Of a stretch of DNA of 5,410 bases, positions 4,391 to 5,410 are shown one piece after another. Source of the DNA: a virus. Positions within the stretch are counted from its first letter, which is position 1. Each line of letters opens with the position of its first letter. The stretch spans positions 1 to 5,410 of the IMG/VR virus record IMGVR_UViG_3300029535_000079; one strand, written 5' to 3'. The position numbers were made by a program, and so were the translations under genes. Under the pieces are notes generated by a model that saw only the letters and a list, made by a program, of their open reading frames with translations, had not been told where the DNA came from and did not search any database.

Positions 4391-4464
4391 GGCGGGGTGG
4401 TGCAACGGTAGCACGTCGCGCTCTGAACGCGAAACTGTAGGTTCAAATCCTAACCCCGCAACCA
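4391..4464 (+). tRNA. tRNA with anticodon CUG (Gln by anticodon) on an initiator tRNA-fMet-like body, with CCA encoded.
   Basis: Manual cloverleaf follows. Acceptor GGCGGGG (4391..4397) pairs with CCCCGCA (4454..4460), with a G1-A72 mismatch. T8 is present. D arm is GTGC-AACGGTA-GCAC. Anticodon arm is TCGCG-CTCTGAA-CGCGA, with anticodon CTG at 4423..4425. Variable region is AACT. T arm is GTAGG-TTCAAAT-CCTAA, with a G49-A65 mismatch. Discriminator is A73, followed by CCA at 4462..4464. The conserved U8, A14, G18G19, U33, GTTC and A58 are all present. Confidence 0.9.
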
Positions 4465-4465
4465 A

Positions 4466-4484
4466 AACGGACTTGACCTCCGTT
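4466..4484 (+). other. Small hairpin AACGGA-CTTGACC-TCCGTT directly after the tRNA CCA end.
   Basis: The 6-bp inverted repeat is seen directly and is followed by ATT. It may be a weak terminator or a 3' processing structure. Confidence 0.35.
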
Positions 4485-4512
4485 ATTCGATGTCGCGAAA
4501 GGTGGTGGCGAA

Positions 4513-5410
4513 GTGAAAAAAAAGCAGCGGTGCTTGTTTAAGCGCTTCGCCGCCCTTCTCGCGTCTCTGATGGTCTCTCTTTCTTTGTGTACTCCTTGTT
4601 TTGCAGCTGACACGGAAATGGTTATGCCGTCTTTAGATGACTTTTATAGTCATCATGGGTCTTGGTTTGTTTGGCGTAAGCTTATTTATAGCGGCATAGA
4701 TTGTTTTGAGCTTCTTTGCTCTCCTATTGCTGTTTCTGGTTCTTCTTATACATTGCCGTATTCTATTTCTTATTCTTCAGATGCGTTTGATGTTTCTTAT
4801 TTAGCTAACGACTCTGGCTTAGCTTATGATTATGCTTGCGCTTTTCCTTATCCTCTTCGTGGTGCTTCTGGTCTTTGGTCTGAACTTCCCTCTTTCCCTG
4901 TTGGTTTTGGCTTTTCCCCTCAAACTTCTGTTGTTCGCGTTTATTCTACTTCTGCTCAACCTTCTGGGACTTATGGCTTTTTAACTTCTTCTTTTAGCCG
5001 TTCAGACCGTAGTCTTTCTTTCGGTAATACTGCCGGTTCTTCTTCTGGCTCTTCTACTGATACTTTAGATTCTTTCACTTTTTCTTCCCCCTTTTATTCA
5101 TATCCTTTTGCTATTCGTGAATCTTCTTCTTCTTCTGCAAGCGGCTATGTTTTACAGGGTGGTGACTCTTCGTTTATTGTTCCTCCTAATGCTTATTCTA
5201 ACTTGAGTAATATAAATCTCAATTCTAATCGTTATCTTTTGGGGACTCATTCTTTTGTCCCTTATCCATCCGGATATACTATTCCTTCTTCTGATATCGG
5301 CTTTGTTTTTGTGCAAAAGCCTTCTTCCTCTCCTGTTTATTCTGCTTCTGCCTTTGATACTACCGCTTCTTTCGCTTTTTCTCTCCTTGTTCCTGCTTCT
5401 CTTTTGCCTG
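4513..5410 (+). CDS. pIII-like minor coat / adsorption protein, N-terminal part. It runs off the window end and continues at 80..357 after circularisation, about 391 aa in total.
   Basis: GTG start at 4513 lies 10 nt after AAAGG of GAAAGGTGG (4497..4505). The frame is open from 4513 to 5410 by my codon-by-codon read, with an upstream in-frame stop at 4474. The N-terminus VKKKQRCLFKRFAALLASLMVSLSLCTPCFAAD looks like a signal peptide. Ser-rich linker-like runs follow (SSSGSS, ESSSSSASG). The ORF track omits it because it is open-ended. Confidence 0.7.
   Translation, partial: MKKKQRCLFKRFAALLASLMVSLSLCTPCFAADTEMVMPSLDDFYSHHGSWFVWRKLIYSGIDCFELLCSPIAVSGSSYTLPYSISYSSDAFDVSYLANDSGLAYDYACAFPYPLRGASGLWSELPSFPVGFGFSPQTSVVRVYSTSAQPSGTYGFLTSSFSRSDRSLSFGNTAGSSSGSSTDTLDSFTFSSPFYSYPFAIRESSSSSASGYVLQGGDSSFIVPPNAYSNLSNINLNSNRYLLGTHSFVPYPSGYTIPSSDIGFVFVQKPSSSPVYSASAFDTTASFAFSLLVPASLLP
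5332..5410. repeat. Second copy of the terminal direct repeat (same sequence as 1..79).
   Basis: Identical 79-mer at both window ends. It lies inside coding sequence, so it is redundancy of a circular molecule and not an LTR or ITR. Confidence 0.9.

Noticed and set aside
4391-4464. The tRNA might be an ordinary elongator tRNA-Gln that supplements CAG decoding, or an attP remnant of a host tRNA gene.
   Set aside because: The acceptor stem, 1:72 mismatch, A73 and anticodon-loop context match initiator tRNA rather than tRNA-Gln. CAG is not conspicuously enriched over CAA in the genes I read. The gene is full length with compensatory stem changes, and no integrase is present. The attP-remnant idea is not fully excluded.
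4251-4541. A 96-aa ORF on the + strand spans the end of the SSB gene and the tRNA.
   Set aside because: It reads straight through the tRNA gene and both flanking hairpins in a frame with no SD. The region is better explained by the tRNA.
4700-5330. TCT- and TTCT-rich low-complexity runs could be a microsatellite or a CRISPR-like array.
   Set aside because: There are no regularly spaced repeats with unique spacers. The runs are in-frame Ser codons (SSSGSS, ESSSSSASG) forming linker-like segments of the pIII-like protein.

Overview
The window is one complete, circularly permuted small genome. Bases 1..79 are identical to 5332..5410, so the unit length is 5331 nt. Its content looks like a filamentous ssDNA phage (inovirus-like). 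The + strand is visibly T-rich. Nearly all genes are on the + strand and are translationally coupled (ATGA and TAATG overlaps, plus a recurring GAAAGG Shine-Dalgarno). The + strand genes are: a Rep_trans-like rolling-circle initiator (2933..4069); a g5p-like ssDNA-binding protein (4088..4330); a pIII-like secreted Ser-rich protein with a C-terminal anchor that wraps the window junction (4513..5410 plus 1..357); a chain of small hydrophobic ORFs absent from the ORF track (354..485, 479..643, 1257..1370); a coat-like ORF ending at 1600; and a minimal Zot/pI-like P-loop ATPase (1674..2288). A 78-aa protein is transcribed divergently on the - strand (2370..2606). It is separated from rep by a structured, GC-rich intergenic region that holds near-consensus divergent promoters and GAAATTTC-type palindromes. 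The most unusual content is a tRNA gene (4391..4464). Its body closely resembles the bacterial initiator tRNA-fMet as I recall it: a 1:72 mismatch, the acceptor end CCCCGCA-A-CCA, and the anticodon-loop context C-U-NNN-A-A. Its anticodon, however, is CUG rather than CAU. The coat-like ORF has no canonical start codon at the position set by its Shine-Dalgarno. It has CAG at exactly that spacing, immediately after tandem in-frame TGA TGA stops. I propose that the phage encodes a CAG-reading initiator tRNA that drives initiation of its own coat gene. This is inference from sequence only. No integrase, secretin, CRISPR array or transposase is visible.
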